From NCBI GenBank assembly GCA_001938485.1, contig MQRK01228214.1, forward strand, positions 1 to 51,430: 51,430 nucleotides of DNA, read 5' to 3'. A program made the translations under genes and the position numbers. Within the stretch, counting starts at the first letter, position 1; every line of letters starts with the position of its first letter. Of this stretch, positions 23,049 to 35,959 are shown piece by piece. Origin of the DNA: Girardia tigrina. Its lineage: Eukaryota. The notes beneath the pieces were generated by a model, which made no database searches, had not been told where the DNA came from, and saw only the letters and a list, made by a program, of their open reading frames with translations.

Positions 23049-24353
23049 AAATCGTATGATGTTGCACCTTTGAACTTTGGTACGTTATGTTGCATAGCTA
23101 TAGTGCATGACAAAAATTGAAAATTATTTAATAATGTTAACCATTGTTAAAAATAATTATAGTGTATTTATAACGTTATTAATAATAATTATAATAATAA
23201 AAATAATAATAAATTAATAATGAATATACAGAGCAAAATTAAATATTTAAGGCACTTGCTATGAAAACAGTCATCTCATTTTTTATTATTTTATGTTCAG
23301 AATTTTAAATTATACCCTCGTTATTGAAAAAGGGATACAGAATTTCTTGTTGGAAAATATGAGCAGAATTTCAGTTGTTTGCACTTAGAAAATTACTATA
23401 GTTTTCAAAAAATTTTTTGACATCACAATTCGAATTGTCTTTGTGTCAACTCTCAACGAAATTTTTCTAAGCAAGCATCGGAATTAATTGATAATATTTA
23501 TAAATGAATCGTTTTAAAACAATTTTTCGAATGCAGATTTAAATTTATACAATTAAATTAATTTAATATCACAGTAGATTAATATAATTGAACTTTATTT
23601 AAAACACATTAATATGTTTCTACTTATAACAATATTCAAACAAATATATGTCAATAAAAAGAACTTCATAGTAAACTAATATTCGTTAATAAAAATACTC
23701 TAAAATTTCCACATCCCCATCCGATTGGTCTGTAATCGAATCTTAAAAAAACATTTGTCCGCCTAATTTAGAAATTGTTCGACCTATCGATATCCTTCAG
23801 CTAAGGAAACTAAAAATAACAGTTATCTATTGAATCATGACCAATAAGTTGTGTTAGATGTTCAGGGAGCATCCTCGGAATTATTGTTAAAAGTTACTTC
23901 CGACATCCAAATTTTGTTATTGTGAGGAATATTTGAAATTTGGTATGTTGAGTTTAGTATTTGAAATGTGTTTCTCCCACCCAGATTGAAAATCGGTACT
24001 TTGGATGTTCGCGATGAATACTTATTCGAGCATAGTCTGAATTTTAAATTACAACATAAGATATTAAAAACTTTTAAAATATTAAATCGTTTAAAATTTG
24101 AATATTACAAATTTTAGTAGAGTAAATAATTTTGAACTTATTTTTAAATTGATTAAATAAAAACTTTCTTAAAATAAAATAATTTTAAAAATTAAATTAA
24201 TTTTAAAATAAAATTATTAACGAAATCATAAAAGAAGAATTTCTTAAAAATAAATCCGAAAATCATTTAAAATGAAAATTTGTTCGAATAATTGTTTATA
24301 AACAAGACATGAACAAATATTTACAAATTTAGAATGATATCAAATTATGAAAG

Positions 24354-24478
24354 TGTTATCTAAGAAAATAATAAAAAAAGGATTAACACGTGAATATTTA
24401 TTTCAAATGGTATTCAATCGATGATTTCTGAGAATTAAAACAAATTGATTTATTTGTTTTTAATAATTCTCCACTACA
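24354..24478 (-). repeat. 3' LTR, 125 bp
   Basis: Differs from 29129-29252 by 3 substitutions and 1 indel. Confidence 0.95.
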
Positions 24479-27400
24479 ACCCCACCAGATTCGTCCACAC
24501 TCGAATCTACATTAACAATAAAATCATCGAGATAGGCTGGTCTTCACGTCGTGGTCGCACTCTTTCAGGTTCCTGATTTCTCTCTTCTGAGGACTTGCCA
24601 TCATCATCATTCCCGAACTCTAGACTCGGCGCCGGTGCTTGATCCGATTGTCGCGGTCTAATATCTGCAACATGTCGCAGGCTACAAAAACAATTACAAC
24701 TAATAAAAAACTTTACCGAATCTAATCGTTTCACCACCGTCCTCTTCATCCACTGTCATGTACAAGGTGTACTTTGATTTGGTTTTATCCACACAAGTAG
24801 GTTTTCTACAAATTTTGACTCATCTACGTTCTTCGTTCTAACTGTCTTTCTTAGCGATTCTAATCCAGTTGGTATATATACATTGGTATTTATACATCTT
24901 CAGACTCGGCGGCTGCATATTGTCGAAAGGAGTATTATTTATCACCATACTGCTTCTAAAATGTCTATATTAGAACAACACGCTATTCTCTTGACTCATT
25001 CTATGATTTCGCTCAATAATACCGTTCCAATTTGGTCTATTTACATTCCATAAATGACTTCAACATCCCATTTGTTCATTAACCTAATAAAATCATCTGA
25101 ATGGAACGAACTATAATTATCGACTAGTAGTTCTTGAGGCGCACCGCGTTCAGAAAATACACTTGCTATTTCCGAGATAATCGAATCAGCACCCTCCTAT
25201 CTAATCAGCTTCCAAATTGCGAAACGTGACGGACCGCAATCGATAATACTCAAATACTTCATCTGATTATAATTCGTAACATCTATAGCTAATCTCGTCC
25301 AAATTTCACTAACATTCAGCGTTCCCTCTTTCCATTTTATCGGCGCTGGGTCAATCGATTGACATTGTTGACATTTAGAAATTAAATTTTTAATGTCCGT
25401 ATTTGATGCGTCAATGTTCAGTTTTTTACATAAGTACTGCATCCTCCTTGCTCCCAGATGACATTTGTTGTGAAGTTCCACAAGACTATCGTGACTACCT
25501 TAAATTAATAAACAACAATTGCTCTGTTTTACTTGATATGGTTCTCTTGTCAACTCATCCACCCGATTCTTCACGCTGTACACAAATTCAATCGTCACTT
25601 CCATTTGATATTCTTGGCATAACTCTTTAATGATCGCCAATCTTCTTTTAATCAACAGTTCACTGAACGCTCTTGTACACAATTTCCCATGATCCGCTAA
25701 CATCGTGGATATCTATGATACGACTGACTTGTTGTTCGATTTAACTATTAACCTTTTCATCCCCCATTTAATACATTAGTTTAAACCTTTTACTACAGCT
25801 TCCAGTTCAGCTAAATTTATATGGAGGGAGTCGTCTGTTTTTCTTAACCATGATGCATCTTCGATTGTCTGACCCTTGACCTCGAGTACAACACCAATCG
25901 CCATTCCTTCTTCACAGTTATTTATGAACCATTCCCCCTTGCACGGATCGGCTTCCTCGACTCTTCTCATCACCCACTTGACGTTTTCTATTACCTATTC
26001 TCTTACTTTGTCCTCCCAGTAGCCCTCACTGAGACGTTTCATATAAAAACAAGTCGGGCGCAGCTATCCCTCCACCGGGTAGATCCCTACCAACTGTAAG
26101 CAAATTGAATATAAATCGCGGCGTGATAAAGACGCGATATCGGTAATTTCTTTTAAAGGATTATCTCTTTTCCATTTCAACAAATGACCATTTTAAAAAC
26201 TTTCAGCCCAAGCACCCGCACTTCTCGATCTTCTGAAATGCTTTCTGGAATCTTGCAATTTAATCCAAATCCTGTTAATAAATCTTTCACTTGATTGACA
26301 GAAATTTTTCTGTCATCCACGAAAATGTCGTCAATATATGAGTCGACATGCTCTCGGATTATGACATCATAATCCGAACTCATCTGACAATTTCTGTCAT
26401 GACCGAAGGAGCAATGTTCAACCCAAATCCAATTATTGTTAGCGCGTATTTCTTGTTGTCTATAATGCACGACTGCTAACGCCAAATATCTTCATGCACT
26501 CACACCTCCATGTACGCATCTGAAGGATCAAGCATCGAAAATTTAAAACTCTTACTACGCCATTTACGCAACTTCTCCAAACAATTGTCTGTAAACGTCC
26601 ACATACTTGTTCAAGTTTCTGAAATCGAATACTGGATGTACCTTTTTCTTATTGACTTGTATTATTCCAAATATAGGGATTGATCCTATTGATTTTCCCA
26701 TCATCTTTTCATCGTAGTCAATCAAAAAATCCAATCGTTTTAGCAGATGGCAGTACTGCAGTACTTCCATTCCTCTAAAACCTCTGGGGTCGCCACGTCC
26801 TTCGATTTGTCGTCCCTAAAATTAGATTGCCAACTCGTCAGATAATTGGGAGCGACCGCTTTCCAATCCCATTTTACCACCCAATGATCTTTGAATTCGA
26901 TCTCGAAGTTTTGCTTTTTGATGCGGATTGAACTGGCCTCCGTTACTTTTATCTCCTCTCTAAAGCACTTTTATCAACATCCACATTACCAAATTCAATA
27001 CCACTTTTACGAATTTTTACTCCTCCTAATCTCTCGATAATGTCCATCCCGACAAGCATTACTAGTCCAAACGGTATATTCTCCATAACCAAACACTCCA
27101 AATTTAGTACCTTTCCATTATCGACAATTGCACTTCTCCAAAACTCGCATCTGCAGTACTGCCATCTGCTAAAACGATTGGATTTTTTCTGACTAATCCT
27201 CTTCTTACTACAGTCTTTGAGCATACGGAATCAACTAAAGCCAGGACTGATTGACCCTTGACACAAATATTCATTGTTGTTAGCGCCTGCAATTTTCCAG
27301 GGAGAGAGCCGTTTCCCAATCGACAATATCTAGCAATATGACCTACCCTTTGACATTTATAACAAATTACTTGTTTCAGTTCTCGGCCTTGGCGACTCTT

Positions 27401-28392
27401 GTCCGATCTTCTACTGACTTCCTTCTTACTCGTATTCGACTCTTTGTCAGGGTTCCTTTCCGATACTGCTACCATTGTCACATCTAAAAGACTCGCCTTT
27501 ATTCCTAAAAATTTTCGGCTGTGTTCAATAATTTCGTCAAATGATTGGTCCCCTCCTTGTTCAAGCTCCATCTGTAACTCGAACGGCAATCCGGCCGTGA
27601 ATGCTGCCTTAACAAAATCATCAATTTTAGATGCTAGCTGGAGCGGAGAATTGTCAATTTGACCGAAAATTTTTGCCAGTTTCAGTATATAAATAAAATA
27701 TATAATTAAAATAATTAAATTAAATAAAAAAGTAATTAAAAAGAAATTAAATAAATAAAATCAAATAAATAAAAAAATTAAATTAAAATCAAAAGAATAA
27801 ATAAAATTAATAATAAATGAATTAAAAATGTAACGTAAAAACTCTGGATAAAATAAACAAACATACGACAATGATGTGTCGAAGAATAGAACCGGTTAAA
27901 AACTTAAAAACAATGGTTGAATTTAGTAAGCCATACTAAAACGATAATAAACTTTAATAGGCTTGTGGAATCATTCGAATTATTTCCATACAGCCTTCGT
28001 AATCGAATGTTTTTAATTTCGGTCAGATTGTGAGCCTCATTCATTCATTTTATTTTTGTTTTTGATTGCAGTGGATGAAATTTTTTTTCTCTGCATGTAA
28101 GTGTGTATGTATGTTTGTTTGTGTGAATGTGATTGCGTGTTTGTTTATGATATGTAAAAAAGAATCTGATTGGTTGTGCGTGTGTGTAAAAGTGTGTGTG
28201 TAAAAGTGTTTGAATATCTGTCACAATTAACAATTTTCAATTTTTCAGCCAATTTCAAGTTCAATTAAAAAAATTTCGTAAAAATAAAAGTTACCAATTA
28301 TTGTCAAATTTAATTTTCAATCAAAAAAATATGACTTTTTTAAAAATAATTTGTTTAATCGAACGAACGCGAGGAAGTAGATTGATAAACAA

Positions 28393-28818
28393 ATGGCCGA
28401 TAGAGAAACGAAAGTTTATAGAGCTAAATTAGCTGAACAGACTGAAAGATATGATGGAATGGTTGATGCGATGAGAGATGTCGCAAAAATGACCGGTGAA
28501 TTGAACATGGAAGAGCGTAACTTATTATCCGTAGCATACAAAAACGTAATCGGAAGTCGGAGAGCATCGTGGAGGATAATGAGTAGCATCGAACAAAAAG
28601 CCGAACAAAAAGATCCTTCTCGACTTCCATTGATTAAAGCCTACCGAAGTCGAATTGAAAAAGAATTGAAAGAAGTCTGCGCTGATATAATAGCCTTACT
28701 CGATGAGTTCTTGTTGGTGGCTGCACATGGCGGTGAGGCTAAAGTGTTCTTCTTGAAAATGAAAGGCGATTACTACCGTTTTCTTTTAATTTGTGATGCA
28801 TACTCATCAATAGTTTGA
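28393..28818 (+). pseudogene. 14-3-3 (epsilon-like) N-terminal fragment inside gypsy gag
   Basis: [45 protein letters not shown]. Homology stops near 28779, then the frame reads about 12 codons of antisense gag to a TGA. Confidence 0.9.
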
Positions 28819-29110
28819 CCGTCTCGAAGACATAAACTTACAAATTCACCGTATGCTACACATCTGGTCATTCCAAATAAATTGTTTAGCACCTTCAACA
28901 CTTCCTGGCACAAGCCCCGCTTCTTCTCGTCCAGCTCCATATAAATGCCCTACGCGACATCGACCAGTAAAAATGGAAGATACGGAACTGGGTCAACGAT
29001 TCCTTGAATCTTCATGATCATGGCAAACTTCTTATGCCCTATCTCGAAACTTCCAGTGCCATCAAATTTTTCGATATGATCTAGAATCGTCTTCATGTTC
29101 GACATCTTCG

Positions 29111-29128
29111 TCGGGCGCCCGGATAGCT
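29111..29128 (-). promoter_or_regulatory. Non-canonical primer-binding site complementary to the tRNA-Lys(UUU) 5' end and acceptor 3' strand
   Basis: Sense AGCTATCCGGGC-GCCCGA abuts the LTR. The + strand GCCCGGATAGCT equals nt 1-12 of conserved metazoan tRNA-Lys(UUU). Confidence 0.6.
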
Positions 29129-29252
29129 TGTTATCTAAGAAAATAATAAAAAAAGATTAACAAGTGAATATTTATTTCAAATGATATTCAATCGATGATT
29201 TCTGAGAATTAAAACAAATTGATTTATTTGGTTTTAATAATTCTCCACTACA
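29129..29252 (-). repeat. 5' LTR, 124 bp
   Basis: TGTTATC...CCACTACA on the + strand, followed by the TSD GAAAG. Confidence 0.95.
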
Positions 29253-30531
29253 GAAAGCTTACGTGAGAATTATCCTAAAGACAATTCAAAATGTTATCAA
29301 AATAAATGTGTGAAAACTATATTCTAAATAATTATTATACAAAAAATGATTAACACTAATGCTTAAACAAACTTATTATTTTTTTAAGAAACAATTTGTT
29401 TTATATATCTTAAACCGGTATATATAAAAATTCATATAATATTAGATTTTATTTTAAATTTTGTATTTAATAAATTTTATCAATATTAAATTACGATAAC
29501 ATGATTAAATACTTAATCATTTCGTTAAATTTTATTAATAAAAAAAATTATATTAACATTTTCTAATAAGTACCTTTAATCAAATTTTTAATTTTAAATT
29601 ATAACAGTATTTACAATTATTTAATAAATTTTTCAATTTTATTAATTTTTAAAATTTCTTTTACAGTCTTTTTATGTTTATGAGGGGTTAATTTAAATTT
29701 TTATCTCGCCTGAATAGTTTATTATTTTTTAATTTAAAGGGTAAAATATTTTTATGTTAATTTGCTTATTAAATATTTTAAATAATTAAAAATTATATAA
29801 TAAAAGAAAATCATAAAAAATAAAATATTTATTTAAATATAAAAAATATCTTTAATGTATCTATTAAATATCTTAAAATTAAAAATGTCAAGAAAACAAA
29901 AANNNNNNNNNNNNNNNNNNNNNNNNNNNNNNNNNNNNNNNNNNNNNNNNNNNNNNNNNNNNNNNNNNNNNNNNNNNNNNNNNNNNNNNNNNNNNNNNNN
30001 NNNNNNNNNNNNNNNNNNNNNNNNNNNNNNNNNNNNNNNNNNNNNNNNNNNNNNNNNNNNNNNNNNNNNNNNNNNNNNNNNNNNNNNNNNNNNNNNNNNN
30101 NNNNNNNNNNNNNNNNNNNNNNNNNNNNNNNNNNNNNNNNNNNNNNNNNNNNNNNNNNNNNNNNNNNNNNNNNNNNNNNNNNNNNNNNNNNNNNNNNNNN
30201 NNNNNNNNNNNNNNNNNNNNNNNNNNNNNNNNNNNNNNNNNNNNNNNNNNNNNNNNNNNNNNNNNNNNNNNNNNNNNNNNNNNNNNNNNNNNNNNNNNNN
30301 NNNNNNNNNNNNNNNNNNNNNNNNNNNNNNNNNNNNNNNNNNNNNNNNNNNNNNNNNNNNNNNNNNNNNNNNNNNNNNNNNNNNNNNNNNNNNNNNNNNN
30401 NNNNNNNNNNNNNNNNNNNNNNNNNNNNNNNNNNNNNNNNNNNNNNNNNNNNNNNNNNNNNNNNNNNNNNNNNNNNNNNNNNNNNNNNNNNNNNNNNNNN
30501 NNNNNNNNNNNNNNNNNNNNNNNNNNNNNNN

Positions 30532-30630
30532 CACCTACTATTTGATTCCACCTACTATTTTAATAGTAGGTGGAAAATTTTTTGAAAACTTCATTACACC
30601 TACTATTTCATGTCCACCTACTATTTGATG
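30532..30630. repeat. Clustered CACCTACTATT motifs (direct and inverted), probable DNA-transposon subterminal region
   Basis: Four direct copies and one inverted copy (AATAGTAGGTG) next to a gap. Confidence 0.5.
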
Positions 30631-31129
30631 TTATCCGTTATTTATTTATAAATAAAAATATTTTTAATAAGCAATTTTAAAAATTGATTTTGAAAATAAA
30701 GTTTAAATATTTTTTTGAAATAAATTTTCGAAATAAATTTTCATAATTTTAAAAATTAAATCGAAAAGAATTTAATAGATTAATTTGGGTCGAGATAATT
30801 AAATTAAATTAACAGGAAAATTTGTTTTAGAAATGTGAATTGTTATAGTAATAAATTTTGGTGTTTTAAAAAAAATGAATTCTGATATAGACGTTGCAAC
30901 CACTTCTCACAATGTTTTAAATAAAATTTTTACATTTAATTTGTATAATTAATTTTACATTATTTAAAAATTTTTAATATATGGTTTTTTGAGCTATTTC
31001 ATAATTTTAGCAGGTATTTTCATAATTTTTGACAGCAATTTAATGACCAAAAATTAAAATATTTACTTAATTATCTGTCAATCAACATTATTCTTAATTC
31101 ATTAAATAAGTTGATATAAGAGGAAAAGA

Positions 31130-31530
31130 TAAGAGGAAATATCCTTCCTTATCACCAGTCTCAATGAATCGTTCCATTGGTCCTTTACAATCGCCTTAGT
31201 AACCCAACAAATAATTGGAGCTGACTTCCTAGATCATCACGACTTACTGGTTGATTGCAGACACAAATGCTTATTGCGACGTCCAAAACATCTCATGAAC
31301 ACCGTCACAACGCAACCATACTCCTTCAACAACCTCATCCCAGATTACAAACCTTCTATTCTCAGTTACTATCCTCACCTCACTCACGATTTCAAGGTAA
31401 CAGACGCCAAAACATCCACAACCGAACATGTTATAAGAACAATGCCCTGGCACCGATAAAAATGAAACGATGAGAACTCTCACAGCACAGAAGAGAAGCA
31501 GCGGAGAAAGAGTTACTACAAGCATTACTA
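31130..31530 (+). mobile_element. Ty3/gypsy protease-to-RT linker remnant
   Basis: FHWSFTIA...IIGADFLDHHDLLVD...TEHVIRT. Confidence 0.6.
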
Positions 31531-31639
31531 CAAGCTTTTTATGAAATAGCTTTGTAAATTTGTAAGCGAAATATTTTCACTATTAGTGAAACTCCTATAA
31601 AAGTTTGTTTGTTTAAAACTTTGTAATTAATAAAAAAAA

Positions 31640-33330
31640 GTATCTCTGTCTAATAACACTATTCAAAGACTAATAACAGATATGCTTGCAGGTGTAACAT
31701 GTAAATTTTCAAAGAAATCAAGCTTTCACTATTGTATTTATTCAACTGGATGAGTCAACATATTTAAGCTCATGTTCTCAGTGGTTTGTCTTTGTTGAAT
31801 ATATTCATTCAAAAGATGTCAACGAAAAATTACTATTTTTTATTTTTCTTAAAACAAATACATTTTTGGAAAATATGAATAACTTTTTAAAATGAAAAAT
31901 ATTTTTTTAACTCTAACAGATGTTGCATCACTTATATTGGGATCAATAGTATTCAAAGTAAATGGAATCCGTTGTATAAATCATAAAAATGCTCTTGCTA
32001 CTTCGACTCTTCCAAGTGTTTTTCAAGAAGCACTTGATTCTGTTATCAAGAATATAAATCACATCACATATAGTTTTTATATATCTTTATAGTTGCTTTT
32101 TACAAGCTTTTATTACGTTTCATTTGTTTGTCTGTCTGGATGCATTAAATCTTGCGATCGAAAATTCATCCACTTCCCGTTCACCTAGCGATATGAAACT
32201 TTCAGGACTGATGTATTCTAGGTGACAATACACTTTTTCACTTTTTTTTCTCTCATCATTCTCTTATATTTTCTTGTAAAGTAAGTGTTGAGACCAAGAC
32301 AATTGAGACCAAGTTTTAACAAAAACTCTCTTTCTTGTTTCAGATTTAAATCACACTTCAATGAACTTTTTCATTTTTGGTTTTTGTGAGCAAAATTATT
32401 CAGTTGAATATATTTATATACAACAAATCATTACAAATCACTACAATCCAAGTAGTGATACAATTGGAATAGGATTAGTGATAAGTGATACAATCACTAA
32501 TGATTGTAGTAATGGTACGATACACTTCCCTTTAATGTGGGAAGTGCGTGAAATAGATACGGAACCGCAAACATATGACAAATTATAAAAACTTGTACAC
32601 CAAAAATTTTTTTGCCATTATTATTTCACAAGCTTTGCAATGATTTGAATGATCCTTGTGTTAATTTCGATGATAATGAAAAAGAAATATAATCAATCAC
32701 TTTTTTTCGAGATGAAAAAATAAATCAAATTATTTGTGAATCTGTAGAAAAATCTGTAGAAAAGCCTCTGGTATGTTTTAGTGATGAAAATTTGGTTAAA
32801 AGAATTGATTATTATAAAATAACTACCTAAATGAAAAACTTGAATGAAAAATTAAGTATCATTAATTTTCAATGTATTTTTCGCCAAAATCAAGAACTGA
32901 AAACAAAAAAAATATAGGAACCATTGCAATGTTTTAGAAATCGACCAGTGTAATAAATGGATCTAAAGATTAACTCAAAGATGATTAAAAGAAATATATT
33001 TTTTGGCATCTTGATTCTCTTGAAAATGAACTTCAGCATTATTTTCCAGAACTGACAACAAAATCTTTCTTAGTATTAAACCAATTCTCCTCCCTTGGTG
33101 TTGCCAGAATTTACAATGGAGTACATGATGAAGTTATGGATCTGCATAATGATTCCTTTGCACGTACTTTAGTCGATGAGAAATCATTGATTCAGTTCTG
33201 ATGAGATGTTTCAGTGATATTCAAATGTAACTTTACATGCATATTGAGAGTTAATTCCCTTTGCTTCAACATCTTCTTGAGAGTTGATTATCAACGCTTC
33301 ATTTAACTATTGACAGTACAAGATCCATTG
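31640..33330 (+). mobile_element. Decayed hAT (Buster/ZBED5-like) transposase interrupted by a HINE-like repeat at 32095-32615
   Basis: QLDEST, CINHKNALA..TLP......LDSVIK.IN.I, HLDSLENELQHYFPEL and PFAST pieces appear in order. Confidence 0.7.
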
Positions 33331-33774
33331 GATGATCAGCTTAACGTATTTGAGTTAACCAAAATACCTGAGCTGGCTGTAAGCCCTGACATGTCAACAG
33401 TTTCACAAATTTCCGATCGATACTTTTTTCCTATAGGAATTGCCTCACTAAATCACTCATTCAATTTAACTCTTCATTGGTAACCTTTTCTTATTTTCTT
33501 ATACTATACACATAAAAAATTTTCAGGCTTAAGATCTACCCTATATAAAATATTAAATTTTGCGTACATCAATGATTCCAATGTGATATACAAGATATAA
33601 AAACAAAATACATCATTATTTTATGTTTCGGAAATCAGTCTATCAAAAAAAGACTACTCTAAAAATAATATTTTACACATCATCAGAAACTATAATGACC
33701 TTTCAAGTAATTTCAAAAATTTATTTATTTCAAATTTTTAAAAACGTTTATAAATATTATTATTTTTCAATATT

Positions 33775-33874
33775 TTATTTATTAAATGGAGAATTTAAAA
33801 GATTTTCTTTGATCAAATCGATCTCTTCTTGTGCCATTCCACATATCTTTAGGTAGTTTTCAGCTCCGTTATAT
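33775..33874 (-). CDS. Y_phosphatase3/IphP-like phosphatase B, exon 3 of 3
   Basis: Acceptor GTTTTAG, then (K)YNGAENYLKICGMAQEEIDLIKENLLNSPFNK*. Confidence 0.85.
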
Positions 33875-34664
33875 CTAAAACGATATATTTTTAATAAATA
33901 TTATTATATAATTTATCTAGACAATTATGATAAAGTTTCAATTTCTTGAAACTAGTGAAGAAATAGTGCTCTTAAATCTTTGAACTTGATGTATGGAAAT
34001 TGGTAATTTATTTTTAAAATAATGTATTAGGGAAACTATACCGCGGTATGAAGGACTTTACGAAAACAACATGTTTTCACTGTGACCAAAAATGTTTAGA
34101 ATTAACGGCGACAAATTCATGCACTGTGTAAATGACTTGTCCTTCATTTTTTTATTCTTTTGATAGTACTTATTTACATTTAAATTTAACATATTTCTAT
34201 CAATATTGTGTATGATTTTTTTATTTAGTTTTTTTGTAACCTTTTCCTTTTTTTATCGATAAAATATCCAACGAAATTGTGAATCTGATGTTTGGAACAT
34301 AATATTTCAGTGACTTAATTCAAATACACTCATTGATAGTTTTAAAATATCAAACTGCAGATGTTAAGACATTATAGTCGAGCATAATTTAACTGGAGCT
34401 TGTTGACCAATAATTGGTGCTTTTCGTATCATATTAACGATAAAAGTAAAAGAAAGAGCGTAGGCCTCTACTCTAAACGTATCACTTCAAAGTTATTAAT
34501 CAAGAACGATGTCTGTAAGGGGTTTTTGTGACTTAAATTTTTGAATAATTAATTTGTAATATCATATTTATAATTAAATAATTTCAAATGATTTATTTAT
34601 ATAAATTTTTCAAAAAAACTAATATTTCAGATTAATAATAAAAATTGTAATAATAAAAACTCAA

Positions 34665-34895
34665 AATTTGTATTCAAAAAATAACTATAATCAAATGTTT
34701 TTTTTTAAATGAGTTATAAAATAAAAATCATAATGTTTTAGTTACAATTAAAATGGTATCAAATTTGTATAAAAAATATAATGATAATTAAATGTTTTTT
34801 AAAAATTAGGTGGTAAAATAAAAAAGTCATAATGTTTTCTTTCAAATTGAAATAGTGTCAATTTGTATTAAAAGAATAATTATAATTGAATGTTT
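34665..34895. repeat. Degenerate ~95-97 bp tandem repeat, about 2.4 copies
   Basis: AATTTGTAT...ATAAT...AATGTTT...TAAAATAAAAA.TCATAATGTTTT recurs near 34665, 34762 and 34860. Confidence 0.55.
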
Positions 34896-35178
34896 AACCA
34901 ATTAACGAAGAATAAAATATTAAGAAATTGAATTTTAACAGTAGATTTTAACAATTCAAATATTATAAAAGATCTGAAATTATATTGAAATAACAACATT
35001 TAAATAATTTTAGAGTACTAGAAATTGTTGCAAAATACGTTTGAAAATTATTTAAAATAGAACAGTTATTATTTAGATTTTTGGAGGTAATTCGAGTTTT
35101 GTTGTCAATAAAAATATTGGAAATCATATTAGTGTTCTTATTAATTATATAATTATAAAAAAATAATTAAATTATTAC

Positions 35179-35300
35179 TTTGTTCGTAAATAAATTAAGA
35201 ACTTCTCCATTATAGCTGGAGGACTTGTGGCATAGGCTAAATCAAGATTTACTCTCGCAAGTCCTTCGTCCATTTCTTTTTTCAAGGGCAACAAACAAAT
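35179..35300 (-). CDS. Y_phosphatase3/IphP-like phosphatase B, exon 2 of 3
   Basis: 122 nt, acceptor TTTTCTGTAG, ICLLPLKKEMDEGLARVNLDLAYATSPPAIMEKFLIYLRTK, donor GTAATA. Confidence 0.85.
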
Positions 35301-35429
35301 CTACAGAAAAAAATGTTATTTGAAAAGATATTTTCAGTAACATTCTAAAATAAGTAAAGTTAATTTTTTTATTTTATTGGAATAATGTATTTTTATTGTT
35401 TGTGTGACATTAGAGTTTTTGACACGTTT

Positions 35430-35910
35430 ATGAATGCTCTAAGCGAGTTAGAAGAAAAAAGAAACATTAAAGCAAAGAAAATGACAATAAATATTGTTTC
35501 AAGGAATTCCACAACCAAAACCCATTAGAATGGAGACTACTTATATCTGACTTCAAAGAATAATGAAGGAAGAACTGACTATATTCCCTTAAAAGACGAA
35601 AGAATCATAAAAAGACTTTTGGAATTTTCGAATAAATTGATTGTAGTATACGAAAATACGAAAATTTACTTTCAGGTGAAGTACACATTCAAATGGAAGA
35701 ATATGTAAAACAAGTCGTCATTTTGTAGTCGCTAAACCTTTAGGCCTGAAACGTTTAACGTTTCTGTTAATAATTTCATCTAAAATGATAATGAGTTTCA
35801 TTGTTCTCATGGAAAATATCAAATGTTTATTTGAGTGCTTTTTGCGAGAAAGTGGTTATAGGATTAGAACAAAATAAGAGATTTTTGGTTTATGCAAGAC
35901 GGTTTTTTTT
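35430..35910 (+). mobile_element. Highly decayed Tc1/mariner remnant (rosa/DD41D-like)
   Basis: FSGEVHI (FSDEAHF-like) and DFWFMQDG. Confidence 0.4.
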
Positions 35911-35959
35911 ATAATTACTATTATATATATAATTTATATGGTTTGGTCTGTGTAATGAA

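Larger units (their letters stand above)
24354..29252 (-). mobile_element. Complete but decayed compact Ty3/gypsy LTR retrotransposon
   Basis: TG..CA LTRs, 5-bp TSD GAAAG (24349-24353 / 29253-29257), PPT GGTGGGGT. Order is gag (ATG 29105; CYKCQRVGHIARYC), PR (ALVDS), RT (SYIDDI), RH (HINLAELEAV), IN (H..CH..CQQC, LAIDV). Confidence 0.95.

Noticed and set aside
24354-29252. Stop-codon reassignment to explain in-frame stops in TEs
   Set aside because: Host genes have no internal stops and end in TAA or TGA, and the TE stops co-occur with frameshifts.
29829-30628. Long ORFs spanning N runs (also 9263-9847, 2026-2235, 41567-41794)
   Set aside because: These are artefacts of assembly gaps.
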